Assembly (NCBI GenBank): GCA_951406725.2
Contig: OX597816.1
Location: 111,662,001 to 111,726,000, forward strand
Reading direction: 5' to 3'
Source: Octopus vulgaris
Taxonomy: Eukaryota
DNA: 64,000 nucleotides
Shown: positions 14,235-27,539 of the stretch, piece after piece
How the letters are laid out: the number at the start of each line of letters is the position of its first letter
Numbering within the stretch: the first letter of the stretch is position 1
The notes under the pieces: model-generated
Seen by the model: only the letters and a program-made list of their open reading frames with translations
What the model was told of the DNA's origin: nothing
The model's database searches: none
Position numbers and translations under genes: made by a program

Positions 14235-14657
14235 ATCATCATCATCGTTTAACATCCAACTGGGGTCTGGGAAGCCAGGTGGCTGCACCAGGCTCCAGTC
14301 TGATCTGGCAGTGTTTCTACAGCTGGATGCCCTTCCTAATGCCAACAACTCTGTGAGTGTAGTGGGTGCTTATTACATGCCACTGGCACAGGTGCCAAGG
14401 GAGGCTGGCAACGGCCATGATTGGTTCGTGCTTTTTACCTGCCACTGGCACGGAAGCCAGTCAAGGTGGTGCTGGCATCAGCCACGTTCAGACAGTGCTT
14501 TATACATGCCACTGGCACAGGTATCACAACTACAATTTCCATTTGTTTTTCTGATGTTGATGTACTTGACTCAATAGGTCTCCTCAAGCACAGCAGGTCA
14601 CCCTACAATCTAAGGTAAGCACAGCAGGCCATCCTGTGATCCAAGGCACTTTGGATC
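14235..14657 (-). mobile_element. RTE 3'UTR-derived element with internal ~65-bp repeats
   Basis: Collinear and highly similar to 29009-29525. Confidence 0.85.
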
Positions 14658-14669
14658 ATATGAATTGAA

Positions 14670-15400
14670 AATATAAATCCATTCAGAATATACACCAGAA
14701 AACCTGAAATCCATCTGGGATTAATGTCGAGTATTTTAGTTTGTATTTTTGCCGGCCACAACTTTACATAATTTTTTTCATTAAATAAGTATTATCTCAT
14801 TTCTGTTTTGCAAGTCTTATCACAAAAAAATTTAACATTTAGTCTGCTTCATATTATGCTTGATTTTGTTACCCTAAATGCCTTACCATTTCCAGTTCGT
14901 ATCCATTCATATGTAGGTATGTACTTCATTTTGTCCTTGTTTGTATGTTAGCCAATCTGTGTAGCATAAGTCTCAAATCACAATAAAAGAAGTTGGGCTT
15001 GTTCAATTGCTTCTGATATAAATACTAAGCTATCAGCATAATCTGTGAGAAGCACTACTGCATGTCTCCTGCTGCATGCTTGTTGTAGTGGCCTGCATTA
15101 TCATCTTTTGTTGCTTCTCTCATTACATAATCTAGTGCTATTAGGAATAAGGAGGAAAAGGTGTCACCTTAAAATACTCCTGCTAGAATTTCAAAGGACT
15201 TAGAGTTAACTCAGGACTCAGGTAAGAAGACAGTTAAAGGATTCAGGTGAGGAGACAGTACCTTCATAGAGGCGCCTTTGTGGAGCACTTCAGTAGCAGA
15301 AGACATTTTCCTGGTGAAGCTGTAAGCAATCAGGATATTCATTAGCTTACCCCTGTGGATCAATTCAAAAGCATTTTTAGCTTTTATCTGACCAGAGTTG
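14670..15400 (-). mobile_element. Old RTE/RTEX-like reverse transcriptase fragment
   Basis: Minus-strand peptides AFELIHRGKLMNILIAY and FEILAGVF*GDTF..LFLIALDYVMREA, plus a DYAD motif. Confidence 0.65.
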
Positions 15401-15417
15401 GTCTTCTTCCTCCCTTC

Positions 15418-15670
15418 TGGAGGTGCATGGCTTAGTGGGTGGACTAAAGATTGTAAGATTGTGGTTTCGATATCTAGACTGAGTGACATGTTGTGTTCTT
15501 GAGCAAAACACTTCATTTGACATTGCTCCAGTCCACTCAGCTGGCTAAGATGAGTAATCCTGCGATGGGCTGGCCTCTTGTCCAGGTGGGGAATATATTC
15601 GCCATGAAGCCAGAAAACTGGCCCTTCTGAGTTGAGATGACTCGAGAAGATAACTTTATTTTACTTTACT
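15418..15670 (+). mobile_element. SINE family C copy
   Basis: tRNA-like head, CCTGCGATGGGCTGGCCTCTTGTCCAGG core, (ACTTT)n tail. Homologous to 58877-59112. Confidence 0.8.
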
Positions 15671-18534
15671 CCCTAAAACTCCATCATTTGATAAAATGGG
15701 AGATTAAAGAAATGGCAAAAGAAGGCACAAACATAAGCTTATGTATATGCGCATACGCATGTGTACATGCATGCATGTGTGTGTGTGTGTGTACATGTGC
15801 ATTTGCACACATGTTTGTGCATGTGCGCATGTACATGTGTGCATGTTAATATGCATACATACATACAGTACAAGTTGATACACACTACTGATGAAGCTCA
15901 AAGAAGTGGAAGTCTGTATTCAGCAATGCCAACACTGTTGTTGGTCACATTTCACCAGCTGCTGACACATTTTTGTGCTTTTTATCACTATACATCTTTT
16001 TTTCTCAAATCAGATACCACTGTTTAAAAGCATTTGATATTTTAAGTATGATATAAAAATTGCTAATAAAAACAATTAAGGTTAATTACTCAAAGCTAAT
16101 TACATACATATAAATACAAGATCACAAATATATACACATATAGATTTGCACAAATAGATTCACATGCAATTAATCAACAGATATGCACTTCCTTACACAC
16201 AAGCAATTTCATCTCTCTATCTTCTTTTCACAGTTCATGTTTCCCCTCCCTCTCTTTTTCTCTCTCTTTCTCTCTCTCACTCTCACTTTCTCTCTCTTTC
16301 TCTCTTTCTCTCTCATTCTTCATTCTTTATTTGTCTTCAGTCCCTCTCTTTCCCTTATGCGAAGGAAGAAGATATATTAAAAGAAAAAGTATAGCACAGA
16401 AAGAGAATTCATGGATGGTCTTTGAAATGAATAACAAGTATATAAAGAAGGAATGTAGCATGTTTATATGCATATATACAGATGTAAACACACACACACA
16501 CATGCATATATATAGGTATGTGCACACATATATATATATGGATAGACATGTGCATATGTATAAATGCTTACACATACATAGATATACATTCACATATACA
16601 CATATGAATGCACACACACACACACACAAACACACATTCATGCTTATATGTAAATAGTTGAAGACAGTATTTTCTGTGACATCTTTCAATATATAATACT
16701 GATATGTTCAAAGGTCTTACAGGCAGATAACAAAAGAAAAGCATATGACAGAGAAAAAGAAAGTCTTCATTGCAGCTTTGATGGGAGAAAGCTACAGGAT
16801 GATGAGCAGAATCACTGAAGAAGAAAAAAACAGTGTGGAAGAATAAAGAAAAGAGAAAGGGTGGAGGAGTAACAATATGTGAGAGGCATAAGATAAAGAA
16901 ACATAATGTATACATACTTACATACATACATACATAGAACCTATGTATGCACACACATGTGCATATAGATATATGTAAATACATATACACCTGTTCCCAT
17001 ACACACAACGAAATCATATTTACATATAAAAATAAATCATTGGGGTTAATTATGCCGAGTTAATTACTTGCATAAACAAATACAGGAGTACAAACACATA
17101 AACTTACAGACACAGCTACATACATACACATACATGCACACACAAACACACACATACACGTATTACTACTCAGATTGGAAGAAACCTATACATCTGAAAG
17201 TAGATTGGAAAATAAAAGAAAACATATATAATAATTTATTGTTCTTTTCCACTGTTTTTTCCCCAACGGATCTCATTATGTTATTTTAAACATAAGCTTT
17301 CTATGTAGTATTAATTCAACTTGAATCATTTTAATTCAAATGACTTAAGTCCCATTCTGTTAAGATATGAAATGAGAATTTAGATTCTCATTTAATTTTC
17401 TATATATTTGTCCATAAGACAAGTATTAGGCTAATTTATTCAAATTAACAATGCTCAACATAAAACTTTTGCTACTATCTTTCTAGGACACTTTATTGTT
17501 TATTTATATATTTTCTTATGCTACCTTATCCACTGCAGACATATGTTTCCCTCTGTGTATTTGCTTCAGTAAATTTTTTCTAAGATATTTTCTTGTCACT
17601 CTAAGCAGCTTCTCCAGCATAGATTTATGCTTGTTTTATTTAAATTCAATTCTTCATTCCCCCTACAATAAGTTCAGCTCTTAAAATAGAAACAATCGGT
17701 GTTTCAGTGATGTAATTTTTACACATATCTTTTCATGCTGTCATTAACTGCATTTTCTTTTACTGTCAAGTATTATCTGTACATTCCTGTCTAGAATTAT
17801 GATGGTGATTTTTGCTTAGTAAGTCATAATTATTCCTTCAAGCAACCCAATACATTTATATTATTCCTTCAATATCTGTAAACCTTTTAAAACTTGGTAT
17901 CTATATTTATTATTGGTGTTCTTTTTCCATTCTCTTATATCACTCTTACCTCATCAGAATAGGTTTCCTATATTTTGAATATTTTATATTGTGATTTGCA
18001 AACAATAGCATCATTGAACTACAGTTTCCAACAAGACAGTCACTGGTTCACAGCATTTTTGATAGCAATAGTAACAAGTGAGCATTTCTGATTTGGTGCA
18101 AAATAAATATCTTACAGGACTTTTCCGATTTCCTCAGTGAGGATTACACACTTTACTGATAAACACCATCAAAATATGTAAATAAAATATGCAAATAGAT
18201 CCTTCACTGGTTTCCACATTGTATATTTCAGTTGTTCAATCAACCAATCTGCCTACACATAATCTTAGATTCCACAGATATATGTAAGCTTCATGTAATA
18301 TTCAAGTAGAAATAGTGTGTTTCAGAATGGCCATTGGATCTACAGATACACTGCATCTGATGATCTTCCATATATTCTGCTTACCCAATTTAACAGACAC
18401 GGTATTAGTCCAGGCAACAGTATAATAGAAAACATTTGACCAAGGTACTGCATAGCTGGATTCAACCTTAGAACAATGCAGATGTGAATCAATCTTTTTA
18501 ACTATATGGAAATAAAATAAACTCATATTTAAAT

Positions 18535-18553
18535 ATTATTATTATTATTATTA

Positions 18554-18587
<34 letters not shown>

Positions 18588-18609
18588 CATTATTATTATT
18601 ATTATTATT
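18535..18609 (+). repeat. (ATT)n microsatellite
   Basis: Direct reading of the sequence. Confidence 0.95.
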
Positions 18610-19085
18610 GAGTGAGAGAGCAGTGCATGCCATCAAAGTGACACTGGGGTAAAATATATGAAGCCCAGTATACCCATCATGGCTACCTGTCTGATAAGGG
18701 TACACCAGGCACATGCATCACAACCAAATGTGTGTGACATGGTGATCACATATCAAGATAAACAGCACATGACCTTGCAGGTGGGGCCTAGATGGAATTT
18801 TCTTCTGGCCGAGTAGTCCATCCTGCTCAAAAGGTCCCTGAATAAGGATTGTTTAAGGATGTTGAACAAACCACCCATGTTTCCAAAGGTGAATTATCCA
18901 AACCTCCAAGAATTCCTTTTAACACACAGCTATGATGCTCTCCCAATACTTCTGCTCATGATCAGAAATGCACATATCGTCAGCCACTAAGGTACATGCT
19001 CAACTGGTTAAAGTGAAACAACTGACAATCAAATCTGTGGTATTGAGCAGAATATTTGCTGTAGCCCATCTTTTATACCAAGACA
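18610..19085 (-). mobile_element. (TAA)n-tailed interspersed element, long copy
   Basis: Minus strand ends CACTGCTCTCTCACTC-(AAT)n. Its terminal ~95 bp recurs on the + strand at 19192-19286. Confidence 0.7.
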
Positions 19086-19117
19086 TAATGCATCAGGGCA
19101 TTTATTATTATCATTAT

Positions 19118-19191
<74 letters not shown>

Positions 19192-19286
19192 GTACCCTTA
19201 TCAGACGGGTAGTCATGATGGGTATATTGGGCTTTGTATATTTTACCCCAGTGTCACTTTGATGGCATGCACTGCTCTCTCACTCA
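19192..19286 (+). mobile_element. 5'-truncated copy of the same (TAA)n-tailed element
   Basis: GTACCCTTATCAGAC...CTCTCTCACTC-AATAATAAT, reverse complement of 18610-18703, with TAA repeats on both sides. Confidence 0.75.
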
Positions 19287-19346
19287 ATAATAATATTAAT
19301 AATAATAATAATAATAATAATAACAACAATACTATCATTATTATCA

Positions 19347-19393
<47 letters not shown>

Positions 19394-19395
<2 letters not shown>

Positions 19396-22300
19396 ATGAA
19401 AACTCACAGCTTATGTCTACAGCCAGTAGACTAAGGTGCCACTTGTTTACTGGTCATACTTCAAGAACCCTGCAAAGAATTCTTGTAGTTCCAAGCAATG
19501 CTGATTTTTGTAGGTGTTCTATCTTTACACTTGCACCAATCTTTTTTCAGCCATGCTGGTAGTTGAGTGATGTTACTTCCAAGTGCATTAATTACTGTTG
19601 GTATCACGTCTACTCTCTTCATTGACCACAACCTTCGTATTTCTCGCTTTATATCGCCATAGTTTTGCTCTTTGTAGGCTGTGACTTCCACAGAGATTCT
19701 AATGGATCATTCTTGTCATGGTGTCTTTTGTATTCATATTGTGCCAATTTCAGGCATTCACTAACGATGTGCCATACGAATTTACCCATCTCACCACGCA
19801 TTCTGCATTTGTCACTATCAGTAGTGTTGTCAGTTCTACACTTCATAAAATTGGTCTTTAACGCTTATTCCTGAGCTGCACATATAAGTGCTTCTGTCTC
19901 TATCTTCAGGTCATTCCACCTCATCCATAGCCACCAGTCCTCTGTATCTGTCTTGGAATTCACATCTCTTGCAAACTGACCGTACATTTTTTCTTCCATG
20001 TGTTTTCTATATTTTTTTGTTCATTTTTTGTTTAAATTTTTCTTTAGTTACACAATTTTCAGTTTTGATGACGCCGGCCTTCTTCATGTGTTTCAACAGT
20101 GGCTCCACAGCATTTTTTATACACCACCCTAGGACGTTTTCCTCTGATTCAATACAGTCCTGGCAACTGATCAAACCTATCCCACCCTTTCTTCTGGACA
20201 AGTACAGCCTATTGGTGTCACTCTTCGGGTGAAAGGCTCTGTGTACTATCAATATTTTTCTGGTCTTGGTATCCATTTTTCTTCATTTCTCTCTTTTACC
20301 ATTTTATAATTCTTACTCCATACCAAAGTAATGCTATTGCCCACGTATTAAATGCTTGGATTTTATTCCATCCAGTCAATTTTTAGTGCAACACCAACTT
20401 CAGTCTTCAGAAATACTCCATCCTCAGTTGCTCTTTCATTTCTTATTCCATTATCTCATTGCACTTTAGTACACCAAGGTATTTGTATCCTTCCATTTCA
20501 ATTTGCTTAATCAAGTCTCTATTCGGTAATTCTATCCCTGCTAGGGACTGTACTTGCCTCTTTTCTGGTAGATTATTACACCGCACTTCTTAAGTCCAAA
20601 TTCCATTCTAATATCAGTACTAAAATAGTGGACTGTGTTCACCAAGGGACTCACTTGTGTCTCATCTTTGCCATACAGTTTTAAATCATCCATGAAGACG
20701 AGGTGGCTGATTGTTTAGGATTTTTCCTTTAGTAGTTACCCCAGGTTCATTTTCCTGAGTACCAAGGTCAGGGGTATCATGCAGGGAACAAAATGCAACA
20801 GAGATAGGCTTTCACCCTGGAAAATCTCTCTTCTGATAGCCAGGGTACCCAAGCTTTTTCCGTAAGATGTCAGTTCAGTTTTCCATTCCACTGTACTTCT
20901 CTTCAGGAAATACACTACATTCTTCATAATTCTAAACAGATCTAAGCATTCGATGATCCACAAATGTGCAATCATATCATAAGCTTTGCAATAGTCAATC
21001 AATGCCATTCTCAGAATTATTCTCCTTCATTTACAATCTTGCATTACCATTTTGTCTATCAGTAGTTGATCTTTGGTACCTCTGCATCTCCATCTCCAGC
21101 CTTTTTGTTCTGGCAGTAATATATCATTCTCATCAAGAAATTTATACAGTTCTTCTGCAATTCCTCTTGACAGTAATTTCCACATTAATGGGAGGAAGGA
21201 AGTTGGTCTGTAATTGTCAGCAACATTTCCCTTTGATACATCCTTCAGAAACAACACTGTTCGTCCCTTTGTCAACCAGCCTGGGATTGCATCTTCCCCA
21301 TTGATCCAGCAATCAATTTATGGCAACTGCTGAACTCTTTTATTCAAAATCCCTGTACACCATCCGGTCCTGCTTCTTTCCAATTGCTTTTCTTTTTAAT
21401 CATATTTTTGATACTGTGTTCTGTGAAGTGGATAGTGTCTTGCTTGGGATAAGAAGCTACCTGCTTCAGGCTGCAGAGCCCTTCAGCCATAATATTATGT
21501 TGTTCTTGCTTACTCAATATCTTACCCCAAAAATGTAAACTTTCATCAGCATCAGGGACTAATCTTTCACTTTTTTTTTATCATCATTAATCTCTTGATA
21601 AAATCTTTTTTGGTCAGTTCTAAACAATTTGTTTTGCTGGTATTGCTTAATCCATTGTTCAAACCTAGTTAACTTTGGTTTTTTATATTTTATTTTATTT
21701 TTTGCTTCACTTCTTCAATTATAACTTTTTTCTTTTTTTGCTTCACTTCTTCAATTAGAACATTCCAGCCTTTTGTATCTACACCATACGTCTTGCTAAC
21801 TTTTTTGAATTTCCATTCATTCTTAAGTTCTCCATTTTTTATTTCCTGACAAGTATTGACAGTACACTGTTCAAGGAGTTTATATCTTCAGAAATTCTCC
21901 TCTTCCACCATGGCTGTTTATTTCCTTTTCTATCAGTTGTTGTTCTATTCTCAATAGTTCTCAATTCCATCCTTTCTGCCACAATCCTACTAGCAGCCTT
22001 GATAAGATTATTTGTTTGTGTAATGTTCTCTGTTTCAACGTGTCTCAATACATTATTGACTTTATTAGTCTCTTGATTTAGTCTCTATTGGTTAGCCTTC
22101 TTAAGGTCGCACATAAATACTGTCCCTTCTGTATTTAATAGATCCAAAATTCTGTCTATTATTAATCGATCGTCATTATTTGAGTAGTCACTGATCACAA
22201 TTCTTTCCCAATTCATGTTATTATATTCTTGCGAACAATTGTCCATCTCTTCCACTATACCACTTTCATTTCTTGCATGCCCAACCTCATCCAGCATCCT

Positions 22301-23270
22301 TCTTTTAAAAGCTTCAAGCTCCTATTTTGTTAACCATCCATTCTTTTGTATTGCTCTTCTTTGGTCACATATTCTCTGATCAGTAATTTTGAGCAGTTCC
22401 ATGCCCTCCATTCACTGTGCATTTGTTTTCTGTACCCTCCGTCAAGCATGCCATTCACATCTACTGGGGTGCTCCAGTAGTAACACTCCATAACCATTAT
22501 GTTTACTAGTTTACTCCACCTATGTCTTGTAGTATGGCTAGCAGTTGCTGGATTATGACCGGGCCCACCCTGCTGCACAGTGAGGTACCTTCACCATTGG
22601 TTCTAGTCCTGTTCATACCATTATCGTCATTTATTTTGCTTGGCATTTTCACTCACAAATAAGGTGTGTTTTTAGGTTACTACCAACCAGTATTTTTATC
22701 GAGACATCATCTCTATCAAGGTAGTCTGCCAAGACGGCAGGGTCCTTGCTCCGCTGGTTTTGGACCCTGAATATTCCTTCTCTGAGACTTCTTGCCACCC
22801 AAGGCTAATGAGTACAGCCTAACCAGAGCACTGGTTATTTGAAGGTACCAGATACTTGCCTTTCCTCACACGTCTCCTGTTGGGTTGACAAAGGACACGA
22901 CCAAGACTGCAGGAATCTTACAACCCATAAGTTGGGCCTGTTCCCTACACACTTCTGTGTGTTGGGGACCATGATCCTGATTCTCACTAGGAGATAGGTG
23001 AGCATCAGTTCGTCCCATATCTTCATCTAAATATTGCTCCTGGTTCATGGTTCATTTTCCTTCATTTCCAAGCATGGAGACACTGACAGGTTGTCACAAT
23101 TGTGACTAAGGAGTCTTATCTACCCCAATTTTTAAATCAGAATGTTCCTCCTAAACAGACTGCCAACCAAGGTTCACAAGTTCTATCTACCCATTTTCAG
23201 AATGGCCATTGACTCTTCTGAGTTCCTTCACCCTTTGCCTGGTTTTGTTTTTAATCCCACAGGGTGGTGA
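19394..23270 (-). mobile_element. Near full-length, frameshifted and internally deleted R4/Dong-clade RLE non-LTR retrotransposon (copy A)
   Basis: ATG ~22646; N-terminal RWSKLVNIMVMECYY; RT motifs NYRP, EQKG, DYCKAYD, FQGESLS, HLVFMDDLKLY; HPKSDTNRLYL; CCHC-like KCRM..HIVSEC; RLE REIRRLW..VDVIP. 3' end abuts (TAA)n. Confidence 0.9.
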
Positions 23271-23274
23271 GTGT

Positions 23275-25285
23275 CATTGTTTTTTTTGTTTCTCGGAGCT
23301 CTAGGTTTTACTTGCTCTGGTTGATTCTGTGAGAGCAGACAGCAACCTGTTGCCAGAGGTCTCAGAAGGTCTCTTTCTGCAAATTATAAGCTTTGGTACT
23401 TGGATGTTAACATATCATGGAAGACACTCAACACCCAAGCACCAATCTCAAAATCGTAGCTGTCCTCTATAGAGCAGTTTTTGGGGCCTGCTCTGCCCTC
23501 ATGTCAGTTCCAGTTTCTCTGACATATTCCTCGAACCTGGTTGTTAGTGCTCTGAGTGCCCCTACAACTACTGGAAAAATAGTTACTCTCCTCATTGCCC
23601 ACATTCTTGCAATTTCCTCTTTTTGTAGTCCGTATTTCTATCTTGTTTCCAGCTCTTTGTCATCTATGTGTACATCACCAGGTATGGCAATATCTATGAT
23701 CTTAGTTTCCATTTTTCTTTTATCTTAACAACAATGCCTGCTCTCTGAGTATCCATTAGGAAGTCACATTGGATTATAAAATCTCACAGTATCTTGTATT
23801 CATTGTTCTCAGTGGCACCCTCTTATTCATGTTTGTACCATTTCCATGCTCTGCCCAGAACTTTTCACACAGTCTCCAGTGAACAAACTTAGTCATGCTG
23901 TCATGCCTCCTTTTGTAATGCTTTTAGGCCAGCTTGCTACACTCACTCACTCACAATATGTGAGACTGTTTCAGTTTTACAGCCACACATGCTACAAAAG
24001 GGTGGTTCACTTTTCTTACTTATTTGGAACTTGGTGTAACTAGTTCTCAGAGTTTGTTCCTGGGTGCTGCATATCAGTGCTTCAGCGCATCCTTTCAGAT
24101 AACTTTTTCTTAGTCACCTTCAGATGTTTGCCTTGTCTTTCCTTTTGATTTCTTTGTGGTATTGCCCATGCATTGTTTTCATTTTCTAACTGTTTATTCT
24201 TTGTTCTTCATCTTATTCTTGAATGTTTTTTAGGTGCACTACATTTACTGTAGGTATCATGTTATTTCAAACAGCAGCAAGCAAGGATTCACTCTGCTGT
24301 TTGGTGTAGCATCCCAGATTGTTCTTCTTGCTGGCAACACAGATCTTGCATCCTAGGAGGTCTCCTCCTCCCTTGTTCCTAAGCATATACTGACTATCAA
24401 TATCACTTTTTGGGTGTCATTCCTTGTTATCAATTTCCTCATTTTTCTATCCATTTCCTCAAGCTCATGCTTTGTCCACCTAATGACACCTGCTCTGTAT
24501 AACATTAAGAAAACAGCTCATATGTTCCTTGCCCTGATCTTGTTCTTTCCATTGAGTCTATTCCCAAAAATTAATTTGGTTCTTCTGAGATATTCTCACC
24601 TAAAGCCTTCCTTCACCTCATTCTCCTTGATTTTGTCATATTCCAAAATACCTAGATACTTATATCAGTCTCAACATCCTAGATTTTCTCACCATTGGGT
24701 AGTTTTACAGCATCAGGCAATAATACTTTGCCTTTTTGTATTATAAGCATACCACACTTTTTAGTCCCAAATTCTATTTCAATATCCTTACTGAATATCT
24801 GCACTGTTGAGACCAGACCATTTATTTCACATTCAGTCTTCCCAAAGTCATACATGTATAACAGATTATTTAATTTTTCTACACTTTCCTCTGTAACCCA
24901 AAGTCACTTTCCATATTATCTGGGTGAGGGATATTGTACAGATCACAAACAGCAATGGTGATAGGCTATCTCCTTGAAATATGCCTCTCTTGATGTTAAA
25001 CCTCACCAAAATTTGTCCACATGATGTTAACTCTGTATTCCAGTTCTTCATTGATCTCTTAATAAAATTTAAGATGTTATCAGACACATGTACCAACTGA
25101 AGACTTTCTAAAATCCAGGATTGGAGAAACATGTCATATGCTTTCTTACAATTGATCCACACAATACCCAGACTGGTATGTCTTTTCTTGCAGTTGTTCA
25201 GCACCATTCTGCTTATCAGAAGTTGATCTTTTGTCCCTCGGCTTTTCCTCCTGCACCCATCTGTTCCTATAGCAGTTTGTCACTT
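23275..25285 (-). mobile_element. 5'-truncated R4/Dong-clade retrotransposon of a second subfamily (copy B)
   Basis: WINCKKAYD...[23 protein letters not shown] end TATILRLVLGC*. Its 3'UTR runs directly into the 5' end of copy A. Confidence 0.85.
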
Positions 25286-25307
25286 ATCATTATTATTATT
25301 AATATTA

Positions 25308-25730
25308 GGGCAGTGAGCTGCAGAATCATTAGCACACTGGGCAAAATACTTAGCAGCATTTCGTCTACCATTATGTTCTGAGTTCAAATTCCACCAAGGT
25401 CATCTTTTCCTTTCATCCTTTCAGGGTCGATTAAATAAGTACCAGCCATGCACTGGGGTCGATGTAATCGACTTAATCCCTTCCCCCTTGTGCTTCCAGT
25501 GGAAAGGATTATTGTTATGGCAGCTTGCTGGCAGAATTGTTAGCATGCCAGGTGAAATGCTTAGTGGTATTTCACCCGTTACTATGTTCTGAGTTCAAAT
25601 TCAGCCAAGGTCAACTTTACCTTTCATCCTTTCAGGGTCAATAAATTGAGTACCAGTGAAACACTGGGGTCGTTGTAATCAACTAGTCTCCTTCTCAGAA
25701 ATTTCGAACCAAATGCCTTTAGTAGATAGG

Positions 25731-25799
<69 letters not shown>

Positions 25800-27150
25800 G
25801 TTGCTGTTGTTGTTGTTGTTGTTGCTGGTGTTGTTGTTGTTGCTGCTGCTGCTGCTATGGTTGTTGTTGTTGTTATTCTCTTTTTCTTATTCTTCTTCTT
25901 ATCATTATCATTATTATTAGTAGTAGTATTATTATATAAGGCAGCAAGCTGACAGAATCATTAACACATCAGGCAAAATGCTCAGCAGCATTTCATTTGT
26001 ATTTACATTCTGAGTTCAAATTCTGCTGCGGTCAACTTTGCCTTTCATCCTTTCAGGGTCAATAAAATAAGTTATAGTAATAATTTTTCTACTAAAGGCA
26101 CAAGGTCTGAAATCTTGTGGGAGGGGGCTAGTCATTTAATTTTTTTGATGATTCCAGTGCTCAACTGGCGCTTATTTCATGATCTCAGAAAGGCAAAACT
26201 GATCTCATTAGAATTTGAACACAGTACATAATGACAAGAATTGCTGCTAAGCATTTTGTCCAGTGTGATCCAACCAGGTCACTGCCTTACCTATAGTAAT
26301 AATAAAAAATGAGTTCAAGAGTCAGGCCTTGCACCTTTAATAGAAAAATTATTACTATAATTGGCAGTGCCCAGTACAGCCACAGCTTTAGGACTGAAAC
26401 ATGTAGAAGAATAGAAGAATAACTGTTAGGGTGGCAAGTTAGCAGAATCATTCGAGTATTGAAAAAGAAGTGTTTTGAAAAACTTGTTCCAACTCTTTAC
26501 ATTCTAAGTTTAAATTCTTCCAGGGTCAGCTTTAACTGTCATCTCTTTGGAATCAATAAAATAAAATATTGAGGTTGGGGATATCAATCAAGTACCATGG
26601 TTAATGATATCAACAAACTCTTACCTTTCAAAATTACTAAATTTATGCTTAAATCAGAGACAATATTCCTATAATTATCATTACGGGTCATGGATGGAAA
26701 GCCTTTCATTTGAATTATATTTGACAATAACAATAACTCACTTGGAATAATTGTAATATTGGTTTCAAATTTTGGCAGAAGGCCAGCAATTTGGGGAAAG
26801 GTGTAAGTCAATTTCAACAATCCAGAGTCAAACTGGTACCTATTTTATCAACCCCAAAAGAATGAAAGGCAATGTTGACCTCAGCAGAACTTTAACTCAA
26901 AACATAAAGGGAGACATAATACCTATTTCTTTACTACCCACAGGGGGTTAAACACAGAGAGGACAAACAAGGACAGGCAAACGGATTAAGTCGATTATAT
27001 CGACCCCAGTGCGTAACTGGTACTTATTTAATCGACCCTGAAAGGATGAAAGGCAAAGTCGACCTCGGTGGAATTTGAACTCAGAACGTAGCTGCAGACA
27101 AAATACCACTAAGAATTTTGCCCAGTGTGGTAATAATTCTGCCAGCTTTC
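25308..27150. mobile_element. Cluster of at least 7 tRNA-headed SINE family A copies in both orientations, with (ATT)n/(GTT)n at 25731-25940
   Basis: Core GAGTTCAAATTC...CCTTTCATCCTTTCAGGGTC on + at ~25308, 25520, 25938, 26428 and on - at ~26095, 26757, 26918. Confidence 0.85.
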
Positions 27151-27402
27151 TACCAAAGGAAAAATTAAAATTTTAGCAGAATTCCAGCAACCTTAGCAGC
27201 AAAAGTCAGCCAAAATTTGTTAAAGAATAGAATATTGTCTTTTATTATATTATTTTACCCATTTTCATCATTGAACTGACCCTACTTTGGTACACCATCC
27301 AATTATATAATGTATAAATATACAAACTGTAAAATACTCGGCAGACTTCATAATCTGCCACTCTGCTAGGGTTCACTGTGTCAGATAATGATGCTTGCCT
27401 AC

Positions 27403-27539
27403 TCAAAGACACTGGACACTGTCTTTTAGTTCATTTACTTGTTGTCTAATCTCACATGCATAATAAACTAGCTGATGTAGCCACTTTTTCCGTATTTTTT
27501 CTTCTTGTAATTTCCTTGAAAAACTCTGTAGTTTACCTT
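27403..27539 (-). CDS. Candidate terminal coding exon of an unidentified gene
   Basis: Strong acceptor ttttactttcggcttttcaatttctcAG; open frame xGKLQSFSRKLQEEKIRKKWLHQLVYYACEIRQQVNELKDSVQCL*; AATAAA at 27246-27241. No homology recognised. Confidence 0.3.

Noticed and set aside
15885-15925. CTGATGA-AGCTC..GAAGT possible hammerhead
   Set aside because: No GAAA box, and stems I and III cannot be formed.
25656-25952. Hydrophobic poly-I/V/A ORF resembling a membrane protein
   Set aside because: Compound ATT/GTT/GCT trinucleotide tract between SINEs.
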